From Candidatus Saccharimonadota bacterium (GTDB lineage: Bacteria; Patescibacteriota; Saccharimonadia; Saccharimonadales; JACDBH01): DNA of 64,000 nt. The stretch is taken from contig JAQGGW010000001.1 in assembly GCA_028289135.1 (NCBI GenBank), forward strand, positions 12,018-76,017, written 5' to 3'. The notes below the pieces were generated by a model. The model was not told the DNA's origin. It saw nothing but the letters and a program-made list of their open reading frames with translations, and made no database searches. This document shows, in pieces, positions 53,331 through 62,194 of the stretch. Position 1 is the first letter of the stretch. Each line of letters begins with the position of its first letter. A program made the translations under genes and the position numbers.

Positions 53331-54713
53331 CTATTCGGTTCTTAATGCTTCTATTGGATCTAGCTTTGCGGCTTTGCGTGCTGGAAGCAGGCCTGCGATT
53401 GTCGCGACCAACATTAGGGCTGCAATAAGTAAAGCCATCTGCAGCGGACGATATATCAAAAGACTGTTACCCGCTCCAAGATCAAGCTTTTTGGTGAGAT
53501 ATGGATTTAACGCAATTCCTGTTACAATGCCAGCAATCGATCCCAATGCTCCGCCCAATAGGCCGATCCAAGTTGCCTCAATCATGAAAAGCTGGCTAAT
53601 TTCACCGCGCGCCATGCCAAGAGCTTTCATAAGCCCGATTTCGCGGGTGCGCTCCAGCACACTTATATACTGCGTGTTCACAATGCCAAAAACAGACGCG
53701 ATTACGGTAATAAACCCAAAGACGCCAACCATAATTGTCAAAATGTTCACGAACTGCGTAATGGTTTTCTGCAGGTCCTTACTACTTTGCACATAAAAAC
53801 CTTCACTCCGTAGATTGTCTTCGGCGGCATTTAGTTTTGCCGCGTCAGCCCCGTCCTTTACCTGCACCGAAACAAAAAGATATTTATTATAGTCGGTAGT
53901 CCCCTTGGCGCTAAAATCATAAACTTCACGCGCGTCAGTGCTGCTTATACGAATCGGCTCAACACCAATTGCAAGGCTCGTAGCGGTTTTTTTGGTTACA
54001 GCGGCAATGGTATAGCTAAATACTTGGTCTTTTGCTTTGACGGCTTCGCTATTTGCAAGCTGTGCTGCGGTTTGGTTGCTTGTTAATAAAGCCTTGAGGC
54101 TCTCGGTAGAAAAAGGCTGCTGGATATCAACTTGTATGGTTTTGCCGATTGCGTCTTGGTCATTTTGAAAGCCCAGTAATTTTACATACACCTCTGGCAA
54201 CAAGACGCTGCCTGTTTTTATGTCACCGCCTGAAGGCACTGCGCCAGCACCCAGCTCTGGTTTTTGCGAAGGGTTATACGGCTCGGCACCGCCCGTATAT
54301 TTTTTTTGGCCCTCACGCGTTATATAGCGGATAGTAATCTGAAAGTTTTCGCGTACTTTTTCTACGTATGGCTTTTGCCTGAGTCCTTCGGCTTCTGCCT
54401 CGGTAATCCGCTTAACTTGGACGCTGGATTTGGCACCAACAGAAACAGTGGAGATAGAGTCGTCATACTCTTGCGGGTCGCTGCCGGCCGCGCTGCCAGA
54501 GCCAATGGTTTTGTCACGGCCAACAATTAGCTCGCTCGGGTCAAAGTTGTTGCTAATTAGTTTGCCAGTATAGTCATGCAGGCCGTTACTGGCCGCGAGT
54601 GTTAATGACAAGACAAACGCACCGACGGCAATGGCAAGGGCGGTTAAAAGTGTGCGGAGTTTTGAGGCACGCAGACTTCTACTTCCCCTTTTGACGACAT
54701 CTCTAAAATACAT
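53331..54713 (-). CDS. ABC transporter permease, MacB/FtsX-like
   Basis: N-terminal TM span, a large periplasmic domain, and a C-terminal FtsX-type 3-TM bundle. Confidence 0.8.
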   Translation of the reverse strand: MYFRDVVKRGSRSLRASKLRTLLTALAIAVGAFVLSLTLAASNGLHDYTGKLISNNFDPSELIVGRDKTIGSGSAAGSDPQEYDDSISTVSVGAKSSVQVKRITEAEAEGLRQKPYVEKVRENFQITIRYITREGQKKYTGGAEPYNPSQKPELGAGAVPSGGDIKTGSVLLPEVYVKLLGFQNDQDAIGKTIQVDIQQPFSTESLKALLTSNQTAAQLANSEAVKAKDQVFSYTIAAVTKKTATSLAIGVEPIRISSTDAREVYDFSAKGTTDYNKYLFVSVQVKDGADAAKLNAAEDNLRSEGFYVQSSKDLQKTITQFVNILTIMVGVFGFITVIASVFGIVNTQYISVLERTREIGLMKALGMARGEISQLFMIEATWIGLLGGALGSIAGIVTGIALNPYLTKKLDLGAGNSLLIYRPLQMALLIAALMLVATIAGLLPARKAAKLDPIEALRTE

Positions 54714-55393
54714 TATTTAAAGCCTTTCATAGACTCAATTTTGCCGTCTTTAATCCGTACCTGCATTTTGCATCGTGCGGCAAGGTCGTGGTCGTGCGTA
54801 ACTATAATAAGCGTGCTTCCAAGTGTTTTGTTTAGCTCAAAAAGCAGATCCATAATTTTGTCGCCCGTAGCGCTGTCCAGGTTCCCGGTTGGTTCGTCGG
54901 CAAAAATAAGACTCGGCTTGTTTACGATGGCGCGTGCAATTGCCAGGCGCTGCTTTTGCCCGCCAGACAGTTTGCTGGCATCAGTGTCAATTTTGCTTTC
55001 CAGCTCAACATCCAAAAGCGCGTCCTTGACCATTTCCCGGCGTTTTTTACGCGGAACTTGGGCAATCTCGAGCGGCAGCATAACGTTTTGGTAGCAACTT
55101 TGGTTTGGCTCAATAAAAAAAGACTGGAAAATAAAACTCATTTCGGTTGCGCGGAAACGGTCCATGGCTTTTGGCTTTAGCTTTGCCAGCTCTTTGCCAT
55201 CAATAATTATGCTGCCCGCGGTAATGTGGTCGAGCCCGCTCATGACGTGCATAAGCGTCGACTTGCCCGAGCCGCTTTTGCCCACAATGGCGAGCGTCGC
55301 CCCATCCGGAATAGTCAGGTTAATGTTTTCGAGAGCCGTAAACATGCCCTCTTTTTTGCCATACACCTTAGAGACATCTTTAACCTTAATCAT
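54713..55393 (-). CDS. ABC transporter ATP-binding protein (MacB/LolD-like)
   Basis: GKSGSGKST, LSGGQKQR, LIFADEPTG. Confidence 0.9.
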   Translation of the reverse strand: MIKVKDVSKVYGKKEGMFTALENINLTIPDGATLAIVGKSGSGKSTLMHVMSGLDHITAGSIIIDGKELAKLKPKAMDRFRATEMSFIFQSFFIEPNQSCYQNVMLPLEIAQVPRKKRREMVKDALLDVELESKIDTDASKLSGGQKQRLAIARAIVNKPSLIFADEPTGNLDSATGDKIMDLLFELNKTLGSTLIIVTHDHDLAARCKMQVRIKDGKIESMKGFK

Positions 55394-55453
55394 TATTATG
55401 AGTATAGCGCATCGTTCACCCGAGTGTAAGACAGTACTAATTATCCCTGTTAA

Positions 55454-57127
55454 ATGCTATACTTGGGTCTTATGCTCCTCCGTGTTGATATCGAAGATAA
55501 GCTTATGGGAAATAAGCACCTGCTGCACAACCTGCAGTTTTTTGTTGATGATGGCGAAAAAGTCGGCGTTGTCGGCCGTAACGGCGTTGGCAAGACGACA
55601 TTATTCAATGTACTAGCCGGACTGGACACTGAATTTGAAGGACAAATTGACCTTAAAAAAGGCCTGAGGATGATCGCGACCGCTCAGGAGCACCACAACA
55701 TTGGTGATGTGTCGGCGCTGCAGTATATTTTGGACCGCTTGCCAGACTATAAAAGGCTTAAAAACATTATTGATACCTACCCCGAAACCATGGGCGATAA
55801 TATGCGCAAAATCCATGAGTATTCCGAAGCGTTGGAGCTGTTTGGCCATAAGAATTATTACGATGTCGAAGATAGATTGATGCAAAACTTGGCCAAATAC
55901 CAGATTGATGAGAAAAAGGCATTAATGCCAATGACGGGCTTGAGCGGCGGTCAAAAACGTTTTGTTGAACTTATTTTGGTGCAGTTTTCCGAACCGGATT
56001 TGGCACTCATCGACGAGCCAACCAACCACATGGACTACATCGCCAAAAAAGCTTTTATCGAATGGCTGGAAGCCGCCAAACACGCTTGTCTTATCATTAC
56101 CCACGACCGTGACGTGCTCGAAAAAGTGGACCGGATAATAGACCTTAAAGATAAAAAAGCCTTTCCGTACAAGGGCAATTACAGCGCATATCTTAAGCAA
56201 AACACGACTAACACAACCAACCAGCTGCAAAGCTATGAGATTGCCCAAAAAACTATGGCTAACCTACGCAGCCAGATTGCTTACGCCATTGCCCGCGCGC
56301 CTGGCTATGCCGGCAAATCTGCCAACAACCCGTTTATTGTTATGCGCGACCGCTTGCGCAAAGAGCTGGCTGAGTTAGAAGCCGCTAACCCCAAGCCGAG
56401 CTTTTGGATTGACCAAGAATCGGCCGCGGCCCTTAACCCTAAAACCACTGCGAATTATGAGAAGTTTAAGGCTAAAAATATCAAGATAGACAAACAAACC
56501 GAGGGCGAACGCGCCACTACCCTTTTGACGCTAAATGGCGTCCAGCTGGGCTACGATGCAAATCCACTGTTTGCCCCTGCTAGCTTTGCATTGCAATCAG
56601 CTGAGCGCCTGCACATAATTGGCCGCAACGGCGCAGGTAAAACTACTTTGGTACGTGCCATTGCAAATGGTGTGCGCGGTGAAAAAATCCCTACGCTAAT
56701 TAAGGGCACGATTACACCCGGCCATCACATCCGCCTCAATATGTATGAACAGGAAATGGACGATAAGTTATTAGAATTAACACTTTATGAAGCCATCGAA
56801 AGCATCTACCGCGACTTTGACCTAGCCATTAACCCCCAGAACATTATGCGCAGCATGGGCGATTATTTGTTTGAGCCGGCCGTTGATTCGCAGATTTTGG
56901 TCAAGAACCTAAGCGGTGGCCAAAAAGCCCGGCTGCAGCTAATTAGAATGCTGATCAACAAACCAAACCTGCTAATTTTAGATGAGCCAACCAACCACCT
57001 TGACCTGCCGAGTATCGAAGAGCTAGAAAACGCCCTAAAGCCATACCACGGTGCCATAATCTACATTTCACACGACAGCTACTTTGCCCGCAATCTTGGC
57101 GGTAAAGAACTCAAGATCAGTAAATAG
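55454..57127 (+). CDS. ABC-F family ATPase (translation/antibiotic-resistance type)
   Basis: Two NBDs (GRNGVGKTT / GRNGAGKTT, LSGGQKRF / LSGGQKAR) with a linker and no TM span. The true start may be internal. Confidence 0.9.
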   Translation: MLYLGLMLLRVDIEDKLMGNKHLLHNLQFFVDDGEKVGVVGRNGVGKTTLFNVLAGLDTEFEGQIDLKKGLRMIATAQEHHNIGDVSALQYILDRLPDYKRLKNIIDTYPETMGDNMRKIHEYSEALELFGHKNYYDVEDRLMQNLAKYQIDEKKALMPMTGLSGGQKRFVELILVQFSEPDLALIDEPTNHMDYIAKKAFIEWLEAAKHACLIITHDRDVLEKVDRIIDLKDKKAFPYKGNYSAYLKQNTTNTTNQLQSYEIAQKTMANLRSQIAYAIARAPGYAGKSANNPFIVMRDRLRKELAELEAANPKPSFWIDQESAAALNPKTTANYEKFKAKNIKIDKQTEGERATTLLTLNGVQLGYDANPLFAPASFALQSAERLHIIGRNGAGKTTLVRAIANGVRGEKIPTLIKGTITPGHHIRLNMYEQEMDDKLLELTLYEAIESIYRDFDLAINPQNIMRSMGDYLFEPAVDSQILVKNLSGGQKARLQLIRMLINKPNLLILDEPTNHLDLPSIEELENALKPYHGAIIYISHDSYFARNLGGKELKISK

Positions 57128-57547
57128 TTAGCTATTTTCTGAGTTATTTACGGATGTTTGATTGAGCGTGTCGCCGGGTTCTGGGGTTGAGTGATTTTTC
57201 TTAACTACGTTGTATGTGTTTTCGGATTTAATAACAACTTCAATGTCTGTAACCTGATGGTTTGGTTTTACGATAAAACAGTTTCTGTCTTCATGGATCG
57301 TTCTGTAAATGCTTAGACGCACCGGAATCCGCGCTTCGCAGTTTTCGTCCGAACATTCGCACTTAAATTCGAGCCGCAAATCGTCATTACGCACAAGATG
57401 CGGGTTGCCGTCTTTAACGTGCATTGCATCGAGCTTATCCAGGCCCCTGCCAACTTTTTCGTTGACGCGCCGGAAAATCATTTCATTCTCGATTTGTTTG
57501 CGTTCCTCAACCGGTAACTTCATGCTTAAAATATACCAGCCAGCCAA
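57128..57547 (-). CDS. hypothetical protein (139 aa)
   Basis: ORF track. CECSDENCEARI segment. Family unknown. Confidence 0.45.
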   Translation of the reverse strand: MAGWYILSMKLPVEERKQIENEMIFRRVNEKVGRGLDKLDAMHVKDGNPHLVRNDDLRLEFKCECSDENCEARIPVRLSIYRTIHEDRNCFIVKPNHQVTDIEVVIKSENTYNVVKKNHSTPEPGDTLNQTSVNNSENS

Positions 57548-57576
57548 AAATATGTCACTAGGTTAAGTTAATTTTG

Positions 57577-59541
57577 TTATTTCCAGAGTTGGAAGTTTTT
57601 GGTTAATTCTTTGGCCTGTTCATTGTCCGCAAAGAAGCTGACACCGAAGAATTCAGTTTCGGAAGCTGTCTTGTTCTTAAGGCTTTCTACAATTTCGGCG
57701 TCATTGGTAGTATCCTGCATTTCCTTGATAAACACATGATATATAAGCCCGAGTTCTTGGGCTTTTCGCTGGAGCTTATGCAAGTCTTTTTCGTCGCCGC
57801 GCATGATGATTATTGGATACTGGCTGTTACGCGGCAGTTCAACACCGTCGCTCCCGACGAAGTAATCACCACTTGTTAAAGACTGCTTTGGAATTTTGCT
57901 GCCAATGATCGCTTCCATATGCGCGACCGCATTAACAACGCGCCATGGCTCGAGGTCTTTGCGCACAACTGCGATAATCTTTTTGCTAAAGTCTTGTTTG
58001 CGCTCTTTTACGCTTGCAGTGGCTTCTTCTTTGCCGTCTGCAAATACTTCCGGATAAATGGCTTTGGTAACGTTGTCATATTCTGTCTTAAGCTGTGGGA
58101 ATGGAACGCCTTCACGCGCCGTTACACCTTCAAAAATCCAAAATACCCGCTCGCTAAAGCCTAGGCCGCAGGTTGGCGGCATGCCGTATTCCAGCATTTC
58201 GACATAATCAATATCAAGCATCATGGCTTCGTCATCGCCGGCGTCACGCATGTTTTGCTGTTCTTGGAATCTGTTGAGTTGGTCGACTGGGTCGTTCAGC
58301 TCGCTAAATAAATTGCACAGTTCGCTTCCGGCAATCACAGCCTGGGCGCGTTGGGTAAAATTAGGATCTTCGTCGTTTGATTTGCTTAGCGGCGATATAA
58401 AAGCTGGTGTGTTAATAAGCCACACTGGCCCCACCACGTCTTTGCGGATGTTTTTCCAAAGTTTATCGATCCCGCGCGGAATATTTTCGGCCTTTTCGAC
58501 TTCTAGTTTGTGCTTTTTAAGCTCAGCCTGGATCTGCTCGATTGTGCAGTTAAAAATATCAATGCCATAGTTGTCTTTGATAACCGTGGCATAGTCCCAC
58601 TGCTCCCACTTTTTGGTCATATCAACTTCTTTGCCGCCGACTTTAAAATGCAGCGTGCCAAATGTTTTTTCTAAAATTGTGCGGAACATGTCTTCCATCA
58701 GCGCCATACCATCTTGCCAGTCGGCATAGGCCCAGTACCACTCCATAGCCACGTGCTCTGGCAAGTGTTCGTCGGAGTAATTTTCGTTCCTAAAGCGCGG
58801 GCCAACATCGTAGACCTTTTCAAACCCTGCGCCGATAAGTCTTTTGAGCGGTAATTCATGCGAAATACGAAGGTAAAAATCTTGATCCAGCGCGTCCATG
58901 TGCGTAACAAATGGGTTGGCGTCTGCTCCGCCGGTTGTGTGTTCTAAAACAGGGATATTAACTTCCAAAAAGCCGTTGTCGTTCATAAAATCACGCGTGG
59001 CCTGCCAAAACTTCGTACGGCGCACAAAACGCTGCCTTACGCCTGGATTTACATTCATGTCGACATAACGCCGGCGCATACGCTGCTCAATATCTGTAAA
59101 GCCGTCGATCGCACTCGGCATTGGCCGGAGTGATTTAGTGAGTAACCGCATTTTTTCGACATCAACCGAAATTTCACCGGTTTTTGTCTTGATGACCTTG
59201 CCCTTGCATTCTACAAAATCGCCGGTGTCCAAAAGCGCGATGTTTTCTATGCTAACTTCGCTATTTTTAACATCTGGTTTGCTTTCGGCGGTCCGCCAAA
59301 ACAGCTGCACGTCGGCGCCATCATCACGGATAACCACAAATGCCAGTTTGCCAAATTTACGGATTGAAACGATGCGCCCCACCACGCTGACCTGCTTGTT
59401 TTCAAGCTCATCAAAATCGGCAATAATCTGCGCGTTTTTATGTGTGCGCGTACTCTTGGCCGGGTATGGATTTAGCCCTAGTTTTTTAAGCTCTTCGAGC
59501 TTGCGCAAGCGTTCGTTCCTAAAGTCTTGAAGTGTAGCCAT
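57577..59541 (-). CDS. lysS: lysine--tRNA ligase (class II) fused to a C-terminal ~150-aa DUF2000-like domain
   Basis: OB-fold N-terminus and class II core (GPRFRNE, ...). The extra C-terminal region (KIIAVVRKDLEPWRVVNAVAHM...FFGVSFFADNEQAKELTKNFQLWK) resembles DUF2000 from memory. Confidence 0.9.
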   Translation of the reverse strand: MATLQDFRNERLRKLEELKKLGLNPYPAKSTRTHKNAQIIADFDELENKQVSVVGRIVSIRKFGKLAFVVIRDDGADVQLFWRTAESKPDVKNSEVSIENIALLDTGDFVECKGKVIKTKTGEISVDVEKMRLLTKSLRPMPSAIDGFTDIEQRMRRRYVDMNVNPGVRQRFVRRTKFWQATRDFMNDNGFLEVNIPVLEHTTGGADANPFVTHMDALDQDFYLRISHELPLKRLIGAGFEKVYDVGPRFRNENYSDEHLPEHVAMEWYWAYADWQDGMALMEDMFRTILEKTFGTLHFKVGGKEVDMTKKWEQWDYATVIKDNYGIDIFNCTIEQIQAELKKHKLEVEKAENIPRGIDKLWKNIRKDVVGPVWLINTPAFISPLSKSNDEDPNFTQRAQAVIAGSELCNLFSELNDPVDQLNRFQEQQNMRDAGDDEAMMLDIDYVEMLEYGMPPTCGLGFSERVFWIFEGVTAREGVPFPQLKTEYDNVTKAIYPEVFADGKEEATASVKERKQDFSKKIIAVVRKDLEPWRVVNAVAHMEAIIGSKIPKQSLTSGDYFVGSDGVELPRNSQYPIIIMRGDEKDLHKLQRKAQELGLIYHVFIKEMQDTTNDAEIVESLKNKTASETEFFGVSFFADNEQAKELTKNFQLWK

Positions 59542-59609
59542 GATTTCCCTTAAGTTTACAGTATTTCGTCGCTATAGCGAAGGCCTGCTTGAGCAGGGCT
59601 TTTGCTTCC

Positions 59610-59843
59610 TTAGCGCAGCAGTTGAGTTGGTGACGGGTGATAGCTTGGGGGCAGCGGCCCAATGAATAGCCAGGCGGGCAGCGTCCTACCCCCTACCTCT
59701 GGGGCTTCCGGTTTAAAATAAGTTAGTCCTTGGCAAACTATTCCCCCCACTGCTGCTGCAGTACTTTCAATTTTACTACTAGCTTCTGCTGCGATTTCTA
59801 TACCACCTTCTTGTTGCTGAATTTGTTCTTGTACTGCACTCAT
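59610..59843 (-). CDS. small ORF (77 aa) with good SD, unknown function
   Basis: AAAGGAG lies 7 nt before the ATG. Acidic N-terminal half ending AAVGG, then a Cys-containing, Pro-rich tail. Confidence 0.4.
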   Translation of the reverse strand: MSAVQEQIQQQEGGIEIAAEASSKIESTAAAVGGIVCQGLTYFKPEAPEVGGRTLPAWLFIGPLPPSYHPSPTQLLR

Positions 59844-59871
59844 TTTCTTGTCTCCTTTAAAATATTGTTTG

Positions 59872-59904
59872 AAAAATAAAAATCCCCCGGACGACTGCCG
59901 GGGG
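59872..59904 (-). terminator. rho-independent terminator after the TrmB-like gene
   Basis: CCCCCGG-N7-CCGGGGG followed on the minus strand by ATTTTTATTTTT. Confidence 0.7.
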
Positions 59905-60045
59905 TGTAATTTCTTTTTTGGTAAATAAAAATACGCTAGGCAGCCGCCGAGAGATTGGTATCCTTATTATTCTTGGTTGTTTGTGCAAAATATTTCATAA
60001 CCATGGGTATTCTAGCACTACATTTTTAAAAATCAAATATTATTT

Positions 60046-60795
60046 TTACTGAATTTCGCGCGCCCCGCCCCAAATTGTCTGGAACTGGGCCATAAACAGA
60101 TTAACGGCCGTCTTGTTGTCGGTGACAATACTTATCCTGTTTTCGGTGTTTTCGGGATCACTAAAGGATAACAATAAGATTTTGCGGTCAAAGATCATCA
60201 AGTGAAACCCACGTTCACTGGGCGCGTGCCGCACTTTTACGCCCGCGTGTTGCCATTTGTTAATGATGTAGTAATTTTCGGCCTTAAACTGCTGGACGGC
60301 GTGACGGATAGAAACCCCGCGCTTGATGGCTGCTTTCTGCGTGGCATAAAGCGACTTGCTGAACGCGATGCCGATGGCATACAGCACAATTTCCTGCTTA
60401 GCTTGTGCGGCTAGCTCTTCATAGCGGGTATACATTTCCTGGCGTCCGACAACCAGCTCAATGTGTTCGCCTGGTTGCTGAGAGGTAGTCAGTGTCCCGA
60501 CAAGCTCCTGCAAAGATTTCTGATGCAGGTTAAGCGATGATTTTATACCAAGCGGCAAAGGATAAGCTTCATAGCGCATCGGTCGCCCGCTCAACTTATG
60601 AATTAAACCCAAGTCCTCCAGCTCATACGCCAAGCGGTAGTTGGCCGATGGAAAGTTTTGCAGCTTGTCGGCCAGCTGGCTCATGGTTTGCGGTTTTGAT
60701 TTAAGCAAGTGCTGGTACATCTCGGCTGCGTCATTGCTAACGCCAATGGACTTTAGATATTTCTCAACGTGCTTCGTTTCATTACTTTCAATCAC
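60046..60795 (-). CDS. TrmB-family transcriptional regulator
   Basis: N-terminal winged HTH (MSQLADKLQNFPSANYRLAYELEDLGLIHK) plus a C-terminal domain of TrmB size. Confidence 0.6.
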   Translation of the reverse strand: MIESNETKHVEKYLKSIGVSNDAAEMYQHLLKSKPQTMSQLADKLQNFPSANYRLAYELEDLGLIHKLSGRPMRYEAYPLPLGIKSSLNLHQKSLQELVGTLTTSQQPGEHIELVVGRQEMYTRYEELAAQAKQEIVLYAIGIAFSKSLYATQKAAIKRGVSIRHAVQQFKAENYYIINKWQHAGVKVRHAPSERGFHLMIFDRKILLLSFSDPENTENRISIVTDNKTAVNLFMAQFQTIWGGAREIQ

Positions 60796-60908
60796 ACCCC
60801 CATTTTAACATTATTTTGTTAAAAGATACAATAAAACTATTTATGTTTATTTGCAATACTCTTATGATTAATGGTGGCAATCAGTTGAGGTTGCAATAAG
60901 GAGTTATT

Positions 60909-61295
60909 GTGAGTAGATATGAATCACCGCTCCCCTTTGGGCGCGTTAAGGACCAAAATATACAGTTAATGGAGTTCTGCCCGGACCCCGATGGATCAGT
61001 CTATAGGTGGTTTCGATCGACCAACTTAACTATACCTTTGCAAGGTCTTGTGCAAGTTGGAGAAGTTACCCGCCAAACAAACGGATCTTGTTATAAGGTC
61101 GGTGAATTTTATAGTCCCTTTGCAGATATGCTGTTTGACGCACTTAGGGAAGCACCTGGAAACGCTACTCTTGCTGCATTTAAAAGAGGCGGCGGCGTAG
61201 GGACAAGAACCTTTACTGAGATTGCTATCGCAAGCTTTTACGCTCCTGCGACCACATTAACTACAGCCCAAGCAACGGAGTCTTTAAATGAGTAG
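60909..61295 (+). CDS. hypothetical protein, paralog 1 of a tandem pair (128 aa)
   Basis: GTG start with SD AAGGAG. MSRYESPLPFG... aligns with MSRLDVSIPFG... of the next ORF. Confidence 0.55.
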   Translation: MSRYESPLPFGRVKDQNIQLMEFCPDPDGSVYRWFRSTNLTIPLQGLVQVGEVTRQTNGSCYKVGEFYSPFADMLFDALREAPGNATLAAFKRGGGVGTRTFTEIAIASFYAPATTLTTAQATESLNE

Positions 61296-61653
61296 ATTAG
61301 ATGTTTCTATCCCTTTTGGAATAATAGAGGAAGATAGGATAGACCTTTTCGAGTTTTTTACGGAAAGTACCGATATTGGCAACGGCAAAAAGTTTTATCG
61401 CCCTTGGTTCAGACCCAACGGTGAAAGTTTATTCTTACAAGAGCTAGAACTCGTACCCATTAGACAAGAAACCCGGACAAGTGGCGGTTGGTCTGTTTTG
61501 GGAAGCGGTACATTTAGGGACTTGCATGACATGTTAGAACATCCCACTCCTGGCAGCGAATTAGCAACATTTGCTACACATAATGAATACGTCGGTAAGT
61601 TCGTGATTGAGGCTGTGAACGTGTTGTATTTTGGTAAACCAACAAACAACTAG
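61288..61653 (+). CDS. hypothetical protein, paralog 2 of a tandem pair (121 aa)
   Basis: 8-nt overlap with paralog 1. Shared motifs: PFG, I-L-EF, ATFA/AAFK. Confidence 0.55.
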   Translation: MSRLDVSIPFGIIEEDRIDLFEFFTESTDIGNGKKFYRPWFRPNGESLFLQELELVPIRQETRTSGGWSVLGSGTFRDLHDMLEHPTPGSELATFATHNEYVGKFVIEAVNVLYFGKPTNN

Positions 61654-62111
61654 CTAATGTCGACGATTTTGTAAGTGGTGGTGTCGGCTGGCGTGTGGAT
61701 TTCGACTTCTTCGCCTTCTTTTTTGCCAAGCAAGGCTTTGCCGATTGGTGATTCGTCGGAGATCTTGTGGTTTAGTGGGTCGGCTTCAACAGTTCCAACT
61801 ACTTGGAATTCTTTGGTCGCGCCGTCGGCGCTTTTTAGCTTAACGGTGGAGCCGAGCTGGACTTTGCTGTCGCCTTTTGGCGCTTTGATGATTTCGGAGT
61901 TTTGCAGTATGTTTTCGATTTCTTCGATGCGAGATTCTTGGCGGCCCTGCTCTTCTTTGGCTTCGTGGTATTCGGCGTTTTCGGCCAAGTCACCCTGAGA
62001 GCGGGCGGTGGCAATGGCTTCGGCAAGTTCGGTACGGCGGCCTATTAGCGCGGCTAGTTCAGCCTCTAATTCTGCGTGCCCCTCTTTGGTCAAATGAAAT
62101 TGTTTCTTCAT
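61650..62111 (-). CDS. greA: transcription elongation factor GreA
   Basis: LTKEGHAELEAELAAL coiled-coil N-terminus and an FKBP-like C-terminus. 153 aa. Confidence 0.95.
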   Translation of the reverse strand: MKKQFHLTKEGHAELEAELAALIGRRTELAEAIATARSQGDLAENAEYHEAKEEQGRQESRIEEIENILQNSEIIKAPKGDSKVQLGSTVKLKSADGATKEFQVVGTVEADPLNHKISDESPIGKALLGKKEGEEVEIHTPADTTTYKIVDIS

Positions 62112-62194
62112 GTTTATCCCCTTATATACCTATCAAAAGACTGAAAAAAAATACTGGCTCATTAGTGATTGCCAGATTAATTACAGTATACCAA

